Virus record (IMG/VR): IMGVR_UViG_3300021400_001110
DNA from: a virus
Lineage: Duplodnaviria > Heunggongvirae > Uroviricota > Caudoviricetes
Strand: one strand, 5' to 3'
DNA length: 64,000 nucleotides
In this document: positions 30,764-39,546 of the stretch, piece by piece
How positions within the stretch are numbered: position 1 is the first letter of the stretch
How the letters are laid out: each line of letters opens with the position of its first letter
Made by a program: the position numbers and the translations under genes
Notes under the pieces: generated by a model
What the model saw: the letters and a program-made list of their open reading frames with translations, nothing else
Told to the model about the DNA's origin: nothing
Databases searched by the model: none

Positions 30764-31248
30764 ATATTAAAGATTTACATATAGACCTAGACTTAGTTCT
30801 TTCTAAAAGAACTAGTCTGGGTTCTTTAATGACAAAGAATGAAATTGAAGCTATAGAAAGTAAAGCTTTAAAGAATCATTGGGATAAAGATACAATTATA
30901 GAATATGTATATAGGCATATTAAAGAAAATATTACAGATTATTTAGATAATTATGACTTTCTTGATGCTAATGTAATTGTTGAATCCGATCCTTATATAG
31001 TCAAAGCTATGCAACTTATGGATATGAGTCAAAAAGATGCAGGAGTATTATTACTTGATAAGGAGTATAAATATCCAGGATGTTGGGTAAATGCTATAGC
31101 TGATGCTTTAAGAAGTTTAGAATGTCCATGGTGGAAATATGATCAACTTGTACTAGAAGCCTATTATAAAAACTATAAAGATAATGAGTGTGTTCCTGGA
31201 TGGGAACATTTAGCTGATGTTCTTGAAGACTATTATGATACTTTATGA
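30760..31248 (+). CDS. hypothetical protein
   Basis: 162-aa ORF. Confidence 0.4.
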   Translation: MNIKDLHIDLDLVLSKRTSLGSLMTKNEIEAIESKALKNHWDKDTIIEYVYRHIKENITDYLDNYDFLDANVIVESDPYIVKAMQLMDMSQKDAGVLLLDKEYKYPGCWVNAIADALRSLECPWWKYDQLVLEAYYKNYKDNECVPGWEHLADVLEDYYDTL

Positions 31249-32453
31249 CTTTAGTAACTAGAGACAGTAAAGGAAAAATAAGAGTTGTTGATTTATGGTC
31301 TGAAATTGATGAAGAAGGATACACTTTATGTAGAGAAACTTATCAACTTGGAGGAAAACATACAAGACAACCTGATATTTATATAGATGACGGTAAAGCG
31401 GGACGTGATTTTAGAGCACAAGGAGAGCTAAGATTTATGTCCAAATTAAAAGAGTATAAAGATAAAGGTTATAAAGAACTTGAAAAGGAACTTAATGAGT
31501 ATACTGAACAGGAACTAAATGAAATAGTAGGAGATGCAGTTACTAATCAACATGGGGTACTTAAACCTATGTTGGCTAAACAAGCAGATAAAGTTTCTCA
31601 AAAAACTATTGATAAAGTCCCTTATTGGTATGCAAGTAGAAAGATAGATGGAGTAAGATGTTCTTTTTATTATAATGGATCAGAAATACATACTTCTAGT
31701 AGAGGTGGCGAGCATTATGATTACGCCTGTAGCCATTTTATCGAGAATCCTAAATTGGTTGAATTCTTTGAAAGACATCCAAATGTAGTATTGGATGGAG
31801 AACTTTATAAGCATGGAAAGAGTCTGCAACAAATAAGTGGTGCTGCTAGAATGGAAAAGAATGCTTATGATTGTGACTGGCTTGAATACTATATTTATGA
31901 TATAGTAGATTTAGAAAGAACATTTGAAGAAAGACTTAAAGTTCTTGGAGCAATTAAGAAGGAACTTGGTCTTGGATTTAATCCAGAAAGAGAGTGGAAA
32001 GAAGGAGAACTTCAATTCCAAATGGTTCCACAACAAAAAGTTTCTGGATATAAAAATATTAATATACTACATGATATATATGTAGCAGAAGGATGGGAGG
32101 GTGTTGTAATACGAGATCCTTCTAAGGTATATAGGCCCAATGGGCGTACTAATGATATGATAAAGATTAAAAGATATAAAGATGCTGAGTTTATAGTTAT
32201 TGATTATGAACTTGGGCTTAGAGGTACGGAAGATATGACTTTTATATGTACTACTCCAGCAGGACTAGAATTTAAAGCTAAACCTTGGGGAGATAGGGCA
32301 ATTAAAGAAGAATATGTTCGTAATTTTAAGACTAAGTATCAATATAAAATGGCTAAGATTAAATTCTTTTATTATTCGAACGGAAATAATGAAAAGACGG
32401 GAGTTCCACTTCAACCTTCACTCATTTGCTTCCGGGATAAAGCGGATATGTAA
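31245..32453 (+). CDS. ATP-dependent DNA ligase
   Basis: Motif I KIDGVR, III VLDGELY, IV EGVVIRD, V MIKIKR. Confidence 0.8.
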   Translation: MTLVTRDSKGKIRVVDLWSEIDEEGYTLCRETYQLGGKHTRQPDIYIDDGKAGRDFRAQGELRFMSKLKEYKDKGYKELEKELNEYTEQELNEIVGDAVTNQHGVLKPMLAKQADKVSQKTIDKVPYWYASRKIDGVRCSFYYNGSEIHTSSRGGEHYDYACSHFIENPKLVEFFERHPNVVLDGELYKHGKSLQQISGAARMEKNAYDCDWLEYYIYDIVDLERTFEERLKVLGAIKKELGLGFNPEREWKEGELQFQMVPQQKVSGYKNINILHDIYVAEGWEGVVIRDPSKVYRPNGRTNDMIKIKRYKDAEFIVIDYELGLRGTEDMTFICTTPAGLEFKAKPWGDRAIKEEYVRNFKTKYQYKMAKIKFFYYSNGNNEKTGVPLQPSLICFRDKADM

Positions 32454-32454
32454 T

Positions 32455-32751
32455 ATGATTGACTATCTAGAATTCATACCTAAATCTTTCCGTATTGGAG
32501 CCCAAGACTATGAAGTAATATTTGTAGATCATTTAGATGATGATGTCTATGGAGATTATAGTTATACTCCTCCACAAATAAGACTTGCAAGATATAGTGG
32601 AGATGAAAGAATACCAGATAAACAAATATTAGCTACATTTTATCATGAATTAGGACATTGTATGGACTATATGTTTGATTGTACTACAAGTGAAGCTCAT
32701 GCTCAATGTTTCTCTAATTTTATGATGGAATTCTTAGAATCTAAGAAATGA
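32455..32751 (+). CDS. small HExxH-motif protein (putative zincin-like)
   Basis: Start moved to ATG 32455, just after the ligase stop; FYHELGHCMDY contains HELGH. Confidence 0.35.
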   Translation: MIDYLEFIPKSFRIGAQDYEVIFVDHLDDDVYGDYSYTPPQIRLARYSGDERIPDKQILATFYHELGHCMDYMFDCTTSEAHAQCFSNFMMEFLESKK

Positions 32752-34130
32752 AATTACAAATAAGTAAAAACGCAAATATTAACTATTTAAGTAAAATAGT
32801 AGAAATAAAGGATTTTATTAAACATCCTGATCCTAAAGTAGAAAGAATTAAATGTGCCGTAGTAGATGGATTTATTATTACAGTAGGAATAGATAGTGAA
32901 CCTGGATTATATATTTATTTCCCTGTCTTATCTCAAATAAATGGACGTTTATTACAGTATCTTAATTTATATAGAAATAAAAATTTGAATGATAACTCAG
33001 AAAAGACAGGATATTTTGAAGATAAAGGAATTGTAAAAGCTATAAACCTTAGAGGAGTCAAATCAGAAGGCTTTTTAATGCCGTTAATAGATTTACAAAA
33101 TTTTATAGTAGATCAAGTTAATGTAGAACTTCCTACTCCTGAGCCAAATACAGAATTTGATGAAATTGAACATGATGGTAAAACTTTCTGGATTTCTAGA
33201 AAGTATGTAGCTCCAATTCAAAGAACTCCAGGGACTCCAGGCAGTTCTAAAGAAAAGAAAAAACATAAAGGACTTGATAAGATTATTGATGAACAATTTA
33301 GATTTCATTACGATACTACACTTATAAAGAAATGTCCTCATGTTATTAAACCCGATGATATTATTCATATCAGCAGTAAGTGGCATGGTACTTCTGGAAT
33401 TAGTGCTTATGTCCTTTGTCATAAGAAACTTAATTGGAAAGAACGAATAGCTAAATGGTTAACAGGAAATTCTTTTGATGTATATGATTATGTATATTCC
33501 TCTAGAACCGTAATTAAGAATCGTTTTTATAATAAAAACGTTACAGACGGATTCTATGGTTGTGATGTATGGAAGTATGCAGATGATTATATCAAGCCTT
33601 TCCTTATTAAAGGAATGACTATTTATTATGAGATAGTAGGTTATCTTCCAAATGGTGGGTGGATTCAAAAGAACTATGATTATGGATGTGTTCCTCCAAC
33701 TACATTTGAAAATGGGCAAGTACAATATATCCAAGGCAAAAACTTTAAAGTTCTTGTATATCGTATAACTCTTACTAATGTGGATGGGCAAGTACATGAA
33801 TTCTCAGCACATGAAGTACAAACTTGGTGTAAGCAAAGAAATATACTATGTGCTATTGAATATTATTATGGATATGCATTTGGATTATATCCAGATATAG
33901 AAATAGATGATAATTGGACTGCTAACTTTATGACTGCTCTTGCTAATGATAAATCATTTAATATGGAACAAGATTCTCCAGAGTGCAATAATAAGGTTCC
34001 ACATGAAGGACTTGTTATTAAGATAGAAAATATGAAGAGTGAAGCTTTTAAATTGAAATGTTTCAAGTTCTTAGGAATTGAACAAGATGCTGCTCTTGCA
34101 GGAGAAGCCAATATTGAGGATCAATCATAA
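32748..34130 (+). CDS. ATP-dependent RNA ligase (Rnl family nucleotidyltransferase)
   Basis: Motif I SKWHGTSG (cf. T4 Rnl2 KIHGTN), motif IV HEGLVIK, motif V FKLK. Confidence 0.55.
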   Translation: MKLQISKNANINYLSKIVEIKDFIKHPDPKVERIKCAVVDGFIITVGIDSEPGLYIYFPVLSQINGRLLQYLNLYRNKNLNDNSEKTGYFEDKGIVKAINLRGVKSEGFLMPLIDLQNFIVDQVNVELPTPEPNTEFDEIEHDGKTFWISRKYVAPIQRTPGTPGSSKEKKKHKGLDKIIDEQFRFHYDTTLIKKCPHVIKPDDIIHISSKWHGTSGISAYVLCHKKLNWKERIAKWLTGNSFDVYDYVYSSRTVIKNRFYNKNVTDGFYGCDVWKYADDYIKPFLIKGMTIYYEIVGYLPNGGWIQKNYDYGCVPPTTFENGQVQYIQGKNFKVLVYRITLTNVDGQVHEFSAHEVQTWCKQRNILCAIEYYYGYAFGLYPDIEIDDNWTANFMTALANDKSFNMEQDSPECNNKVPHEGLVIKIENMKSEAFKLKCFKFLGIEQDAALAGEANIEDQS

Positions 34131-34199
34131 TGTTTTGGACAATTGCTTTTTGTATATACGGTGTAGCTGCAGGAATTTGTTTAGGAGAATACTTATCCG

Positions 34200-34499
34200 A
34201 TGATAACAACAAACTTATCAGAAAAAGAGAAGAAACTTCGTAAGAAGTTAAGAATTAAAGAAGTGTGTACTAGAGAAGGAGAGCATGTATTTTATCCACA
34301 ACAGAAGTTATTGGGAATGTGGGTTGGATTTGAACAAGAGTATGGAGGATTATTCCCTCCATTTGATTACTTCTTTGATTGTACTAGCGCACATTTCCAA
34401 TCCTTAGATAGAGCAAAAGAGTTTATAGACGAAAAAGTTAGATATAAATTAAGTAAAAAGAAAGTAATTTATCATAATGTTAACTATTTAACATCTTGA
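34200..34499 (+). CDS. hypothetical protein
   Basis: 99-aa ORF. Confidence 0.4.
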   Translation: MITTNLSEKEKKLRKKLRIKEVCTREGEHVFYPQQKLLGMWVGFEQEYGGLFPPFDYFFDCTSAHFQSLDRAKEFIDEKVRYKLSKKKVIYHNVNYLTS

Positions 34500-35341
34500 A
34501 AAATATAACTATTAAACAAAGTATAACTAATAGAGATAGAGATTCTGTAAATCTTTATCTTAAAGACATTAGTCATATTAAACTTCTAACTCCAGAAGAA
34601 GAAAAAGAAATAGCTACTAAAGCTAAGAATGGAGATAAAAGAGCTAGGGATAAACTTATAGCTGCCAATACTAGATTTGTTGTATCTGTAGCTAAACAAT
34701 ATCAAGGACAAGGTCTTGATTTCGAAGACTTGATAGCAGAAGGTAATGCTGGACTTATAAAAGCTGCTGATAAATTTGATCCAGATAGAGGTTATAAATT
34801 TATTTCTTATGCTGTATGGTGGATTAGACAATCTATTATGCAAGCTCTTTCTGATAAATCTAGAATTATAAGGCTTCCATTGAGTCAAGTAGCCCTATAT
34901 AACAAAATAAAAAAGATTACCTCTGAATTTATAGCTAAAAATGAAAGAGAACCTTCTCTTTCAGAATTAGAAGAACTTACAGGTATTCAAGAATCTAAGA
35001 TAATAGCAATATTAAATTCTAGTTCTAGAATGGTTTCTGTAGATTCCCCTTTAAAAGATGAGGAAGATAGTACTTTTATTGATATAATTCCAAACAAAAA
35101 TATTCCAAAGACTGATGCAAATGTATTATCAGAATCTAAAGAAAAGGAAATAAAAGAGATTCTTAAAGATCTTAGCCCTAGAAGTCATGATATAATTAGA
35201 ATGTATTTTGGGCTTGGATGTATTTCTCTTACCCTTGAACAAATATCTGACAGATTTGGAATACATAGTGAAAGAGTTAGGCAAATAAAAGAAGAAAGTC
35301 TTAGCATTATAAAGGATAAAGTAAAAAAGTATTTAAAATGA
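34496..35341 (+). CDS. sigma-70 family RNA polymerase sigma factor
   Basis: Region 2 DLIAEGNAGLIKAADKFDPDRGYKFISYAVWWIRQSI; region 4 HTH ..LEQISDRFGIHSERVRQIKE; TTG start overlapping the upstream TGA. Confidence 0.8.
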   Translation: MKNITIKQSITNRDRDSVNLYLKDISHIKLLTPEEEKEIATKAKNGDKRARDKLIAANTRFVVSVAKQYQGQGLDFEDLIAEGNAGLIKAADKFDPDRGYKFISYAVWWIRQSIMQALSDKSRIIRLPLSQVALYNKIKKITSEFIAKNEREPSLSELEELTGIQESKIIAILNSSSRMVSVDSPLKDEEDSTFIDIIPNKNIPKTDANVLSESKEKEIKEILKDLSPRSHDIIRMYFGLGCISLTLEQISDRFGIHSERVRQIKEESLSIIKDKVKKYLK

Positions 35342-35697
35342 AAAGTTGGTTAATATGTACTAGTGCCCCTTTCTGTGGAACGGACCAATATTATGGTGCT
35401 TATGCAGAAGATGAAGATTCTTTACTAGACTGGTTATATGAAAATTGGTTTGATCAAGAGTGTCAGAATCTATGGGACGGCTATAGTTATCTCGCTCATT
35501 ATGAAGACGAATGGGAAGAATTATCAGAAGAAGAAAAAGAAGAATTCTATGATAATGATTATGACAATTTTATAGATAATAAATATGAAGAATGGTGTTC
35601 AGATTGTGGATTATCTGTATCAGAATGCCATGAAGATAAATTTGATGATCCTGATGGAACACATTTAGAAATCGTATATGACGATAGACAACATTGA
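35338..35697 (+). CDS. acidic Cys-containing hypothetical protein
   Basis: 119-aa ORF. Confidence 0.4.
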   Translation: MKSWLICTSAPFCGTDQYYGAYAEDEDSLLDWLYENWFDQECQNLWDGYSYLAHYEDEWEELSEEEKEEFYDNDYDNFIDNKYEEWCSDCGLSVSECHEDKFDDPDGTHLEIVYDDRQH

Positions 35698-36259
35698 GTT
35701 AATAAGAAAAACATTAGAGTTCGATAAATTTGGAGAATTCTATTATATTTCTATTATGCAACGCAATAAAGATGGAGTAAAGGTTGCTAGTTCTCACGAT
35801 AATTGCCGTAGAATTAGAACTTTTTACGTCTTTAGTTTAGAAGAGTTTGATAGAGTTACTCCCTTTATAAAGGAGATTTGTAGTAAAATCAATGCTCGTT
35901 GTTATATAGAAATGAATAGAAAAGATATATTCCAGTGTCAACTTGAATGTATAAAAAGACTAGTAGAATGTATTGAGCATCAAACAACTAAATCTCGTGC
36001 TATTATGGATTCTGTAGTAGCAGGAGCTCCATCTAGAGACAAACTTTGGATGATTGATGTTGATGGACATGCTCCTGGTGATTCTATAATTACTGATATT
36101 ATAGAGTATGTAGAGAAAAATAGAGGAAGACATTATGCAGTAATTCCAACAGTAAATGGCTGTCATATCATTACAGGTAGATTTGATCCTAGATTCTTTA
36201 GTTTTGAAAATTGCGAAATCAAACGTAACGCATTTACATTATTATATTATGAAAAGTAA
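35678..36259 (+). CDS. hypothetical protein
   Basis: 193-aa ORF. Confidence 0.4.
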   Translation: MTIDNIELIRKTLEFDKFGEFYYISIMQRNKDGVKVASSHDNCRRIRTFYVFSLEEFDRVTPFIKEICSKINARCYIEMNRKDIFQCQLECIKRLVECIEHQTTKSRAIMDSVVAGAPSRDKLWMIDVDGHAPGDSIITDIIEYVEKNRGRHYAVIPTVNGCHIITGRFDPRFFSFENCEIKRNAFTLLYYEK

Positions 36260-36929
36260 TTTTATTCATGTTTGTTTTATTATTGATGAGAGTTCATCAA
36301 TGTGGACATCAGTTTCTGATGTAAAGGGAGGATTTCAAAAAATTATAGATGAACAAAAAGCTAATGAAAATGGGACTTGTGCAATTTCTATATTTAGGTT
36401 TGCAACAACTCCTAAAGAGGCTGATTTTATAATGAAAGATGTTAGAGAAGTTGAAAATACACTTAATTATAATCCTTCTGGATGTACTGCTATGTATGAC
36501 GGAATTGGAGTAGCTATTGATGAAATAGGAGAGAGACTTGCAGCAATGCCTGAAGAGGAACGTCCCGAAAAGAATCTTATAGTTATTATGACTGATGGGG
36601 AAGAAAATTCTTCTCACGCTTATCAACCATCTAAAATTAAAGAAATGATTAAACATCAAGAAGATAAGTATAATTGGACATTCCTTTATATAGGTACTGA
36701 TATTTCTAATACACAAGATGCTGATAGAGTAGGAATTGTTCGTAGATTTGCCACTACTAGAGATAAAATGTATAAGGGCTATGACACTATAAATAGTGCT
36801 GTATCATGTTACAGATCCTTTGCAGGAGATGCCTCTGCTAAAGCAGCTACTATGGACATGTGTATAGAAAGTGAGATTACTGCTAATAATGCAGAATATA
36901 AAGCTGATACCGGTATAAGTATTAATTAA
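36249..36929 (+). CDS. von Willebrand factor A (vWA) domain protein
   Basis: MIDAS motifs DESSS (DxSxS), ..T.. and MTDGEEN; start moved to ATG 36249. Confidence 0.6.
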   Translation: MKSNFIHVCFIIDESSSMWTSVSDVKGGFQKIIDEQKANENGTCAISIFRFATTPKEADFIMKDVREVENTLNYNPSGCTAMYDGIGVAIDEIGERLAAMPEEERPEKNLIVIMTDGEENSSHAYQPSKIKEMIKHQEDKYNWTFLYIGTDISNTQDADRVGIVRRFATTRDKMYKGYDTINSAVSCYRSFAGDASAKAATMDMCIESEITANNAEYKADTGISIN

Positions 36930-36930
36930 T

Positions 36931-37827
36931 ATGTCAAAATTAATATTATGTCAAGGAATACAAGGTTCTGGGAAGTCTACTTTCGCAAGAAAGTGGGCTT
37001 CTGAAGACCCAGAACACAGAGTAAGACTTAATTATGATGACCTTCGTAATATGATGGGAGTTTATTGGGTACCCTCTAGAGAAGGAATGCTTAAGGAGTT
37101 GGAGGAAGCCTTTTTAAAGAAATCAATATTAAAGGGTTATGATATTATTATAGATAATATGAATCTTAACCCAAAAACTATAGAGAAATATGAAAAATGG
37201 GCAGAAGAAAATAATTATGAACTTGAAAAAGTCTTATTCGATACTCCAGTTGAAGAATGTATTAGAAGAGATAGTATGCGTCCCAATCCTATTGGAGAAG
37301 TAGTTATTAAACGTACTTGGAACACTTATAGAAACTATATAATACAAGAAAGTATCAAGAAAATGAAGGAAAAGGAAATGAAACAGAATTCTAATCTTCC
37401 CCATTGTATTCTTGTAGACATGGATGCTACACTCTTTCTAAATACCAATGGTCGTCCTTTCTATGGTGATGACCTTGAACCTACTGATATTCTAAAGGAT
37501 GAACCTATATTATCGACTATTACTTTGGTTAAGGCTTACCAAAATACTGGCAATTTGGTTATTGGTCTTAGTGGAAGAGAAGATAAACCCCAAATACGAG
37601 CTTGTACAATTAAACAATGTGAGAATCAGGGTATACATTTAGATGCTTTAATTCTTAGACCAATAGGTTCTCGTAAAAAAGGAGATGTCTCTAAGAAAGA
37701 ATTATTTGAAGAAAATATCAAGGATAAATACTTTGTAGATTTTGTTTTAGATGATTCTTCTAAAGTAGTTAAGATGTATAGAGACTTAGGTCTTACTTGT
37801 TTACAACCTAATGAAGGAAAATTTTGA
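36931..37827 (+). CDS. pnk: polynucleotide 5'-kinase/3'-phosphatase (T4 Pnkp-like)
   Basis: N-terminal P-loop LCQGIQGSGKSTFA; C-terminal HAD phosphatase motif ILVDMDATLF (DxDxT). Confidence 0.75.
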   Translation: MSKLILCQGIQGSGKSTFARKWASEDPEHRVRLNYDDLRNMMGVYWVPSREGMLKELEEAFLKKSILKGYDIIIDNMNLNPKTIEKYEKWAEENNYELEKVLFDTPVEECIRRDSMRPNPIGEVVIKRTWNTYRNYIIQESIKKMKEKEMKQNSNLPHCILVDMDATLFLNTNGRPFYGDDLEPTDILKDEPILSTITLVKAYQNTGNLVIGLSGREDKPQIRACTIKQCENQGIHLDALILRPIGSRKKGDVSKKELFEENIKDKYFVDFVLDDSSKVVKMYRDLGLTCLQPNEGKF

Positions 37828-38023
37828 TAAGCTTATTAAAATTATAGCTTCAATACTCCCAGTATGTAGAGGAGTTTCTGGAAACACTATAATGTTCGGT
37901 CCACTTGATTCAATTATTCTTAGTCATTTAATCAAGGAACTTACAGAAAATGGAGTAGATGTTGTAGAACTAGATAATAAGTATAAATTTACCTATATGA
38001 ATAATTATTTTGTTATATGGTAA
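37811..38023 (+). CDS. hypothetical protein
   Basis: 70-aa ORF. Confidence 0.3.
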   Translation: MKENFDKLIKIIASILPVCRGVSGNTIMFGPLDSIILSHLIKELTENGVDVVELDNKYKFTYMNNYFVIW

Positions 38024-38598
38024 AAATTAAGACACAACGTTCCGGACCATTTGATAATGGTGCTTGTGATATGGCTCTTAATCTCCTTTATATAGCACAG
38101 GGAGGCTGGGAGAATAAAGAAAATCTTATCCTAGATTTTAGAGAAAGAAATTATGAAACCGAAGAATGGGAACAAGGTGAATGGTTTGTTAGAGAGCCAT
38201 ATTCAGTAGAACATACTGATGAACCTTTAGTTCCAGAGCACGACCTTAGTCTAAAGTACTTTACTATAGAGCAACTTAAGAAATGGGACGAAGATAATTA
38301 TATTATCTATCCTCTATTTAATATTAAATCTGTAAAGTTCTATCCCGATACTTATACAACTAAGTGGCATAAAGAGCCTAGAGAGTGTATGACTATAGAA
38401 ATAGAATCTGAAAGAGATGATATTGTTAGAGAAATCTTCATTCTTCTGGCAGGACTCGCTAATGGCGGGCACATGTGTGGTGGAAATATTAGAATCCGAA
38501 AGGAAGCTCTTGAAAATGGTGAATGGGTAGCAAGATTTGGATTAGATGGAGATGGTTCAGATAGAATTTATTATGTAGACGATGAATATTTAGACTAA
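38017..38598 (+). CDS. hypothetical protein
   Basis: 193-aa ORF. Confidence 0.4.
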   Translation: MVKIKTQRSGPFDNGACDMALNLLYIAQGGWENKENLILDFRERNYETEEWEQGEWFVREPYSVEHTDEPLVPEHDLSLKYFTIEQLKKWDEDNYIIYPLFNIKSVKFYPDTYTTKWHKEPRECMTIEIESERDDIVREIFILLAGLANGGHMCGGNIRIRKEALENGEWVARFGLDGDGSDRIYYVDDEYLD

Positions 38599-38876
38599 TG
38601 AATAAAAATACAGTAACTATTGAGCAAGTAAAGGAAAATATGCAAGATGTAATAGTACGCACTTTAGATGATTTTGGTAAACCTTGCACATATGTAACAG
38701 TACGTATGAAAAATGGCTTTACTCTTAGAGAGTCTACTACTTGCGTTGATCCTGCAAACTATAATGAAGATATAGGCAAAGAAATTTGTCTAAAGAGAAT
38801 AGAGAATCAAATATGGTTCTTACTTGGTTATCAGCTTCAAGAAGACCTGTTTAGAAGTGGTGAATTAGTATTATGA
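38598..38876 (+). CDS. hypothetical protein
   Basis: 92-aa ORF. Confidence 0.4.
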   Translation: MNKNTVTIEQVKENMQDVIVRTLDDFGKPCTYVTVRMKNGFTLRESTTCVDPANYNEDIGKEICLKRIENQIWFLLGYQLQEDLFRSGELVL

Positions 38877-38978
38877 GAATAAGAAATTGTTTTGGATGTG
38901 GATATCATAGATTAATAAAGGATTCTAAAGGAATTCCTTTTCATTATTGTTCAGATAGAGATTGTAGAGTAGACCCTC

Positions 38979-39203
38979 ATGAACCTGAATGTAATTATGG
39001 ATAAAATATATGTACAGCGTAAAGTAGAAGTTTGGATAGAAGATATTTATAGAGTGAAAGAAATAAATGATGAAGTTATTGAATCAGCTATAAATTATAA
39101 TTTAGATCCAGACGACAGTGAAGTACTATGGGAAACTCAAGTAGATTTAGGTCCTGTTAGAGTGTTTAATCATAATAATGAAATTCTAAAGAATTATGAC
39201 TGA
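38979..39203 (+). CDS. hypothetical protein
   Basis: 74-aa ORF. Confidence 0.35.
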   Translation: MNLNVIMDKIYVQRKVEVWIEDIYRVKEINDEVIESAINYNLDPDDSEVLWETQVDLGPVRVFNHNNEILKNYD

Positions 39204-39546
39204 ACAAGAATTTTTACAAAAACGAAAGCCTGTATTTGTAGATCCAGAATCTGGACTTGCTACCATAGTAAGTAATCAAAATTTAAAAGATAAGAATTTT
39301 GCGGAAATATTCTCTAATCAAAAGATTTATTGGTTAAATACTATTAGAGGATTTATATGGGAAGATCATTTAATATTATACATAAATGATTATGAGATTC
39401 CAAACTTTGCTATAGGTACCTGTATTTATTTCTTTAATTTCTTTCCAGATATAAAGTGGATTGGACTAGGATGTAATAAGGGATGTCCTGGAGATTTATG
39501 GGAACCTAAATTAAAAGTATATAAATGTGATTTATGTAGTAAGTAA
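39196..39546 (+). CDS. hypothetical protein
   Basis: 116-aa ORF. Confidence 0.4.
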   Translation: MTEQEFLQKRKPVFVDPESGLATIVSNQNLKDKNFAEIFSNQKIYWLNTIRGFIWEDHLILYINDYEIPNFAIGTCIYFFNFFPDIKWIGLGCNKGCPGDLWEPKLKVYKCDLCSK

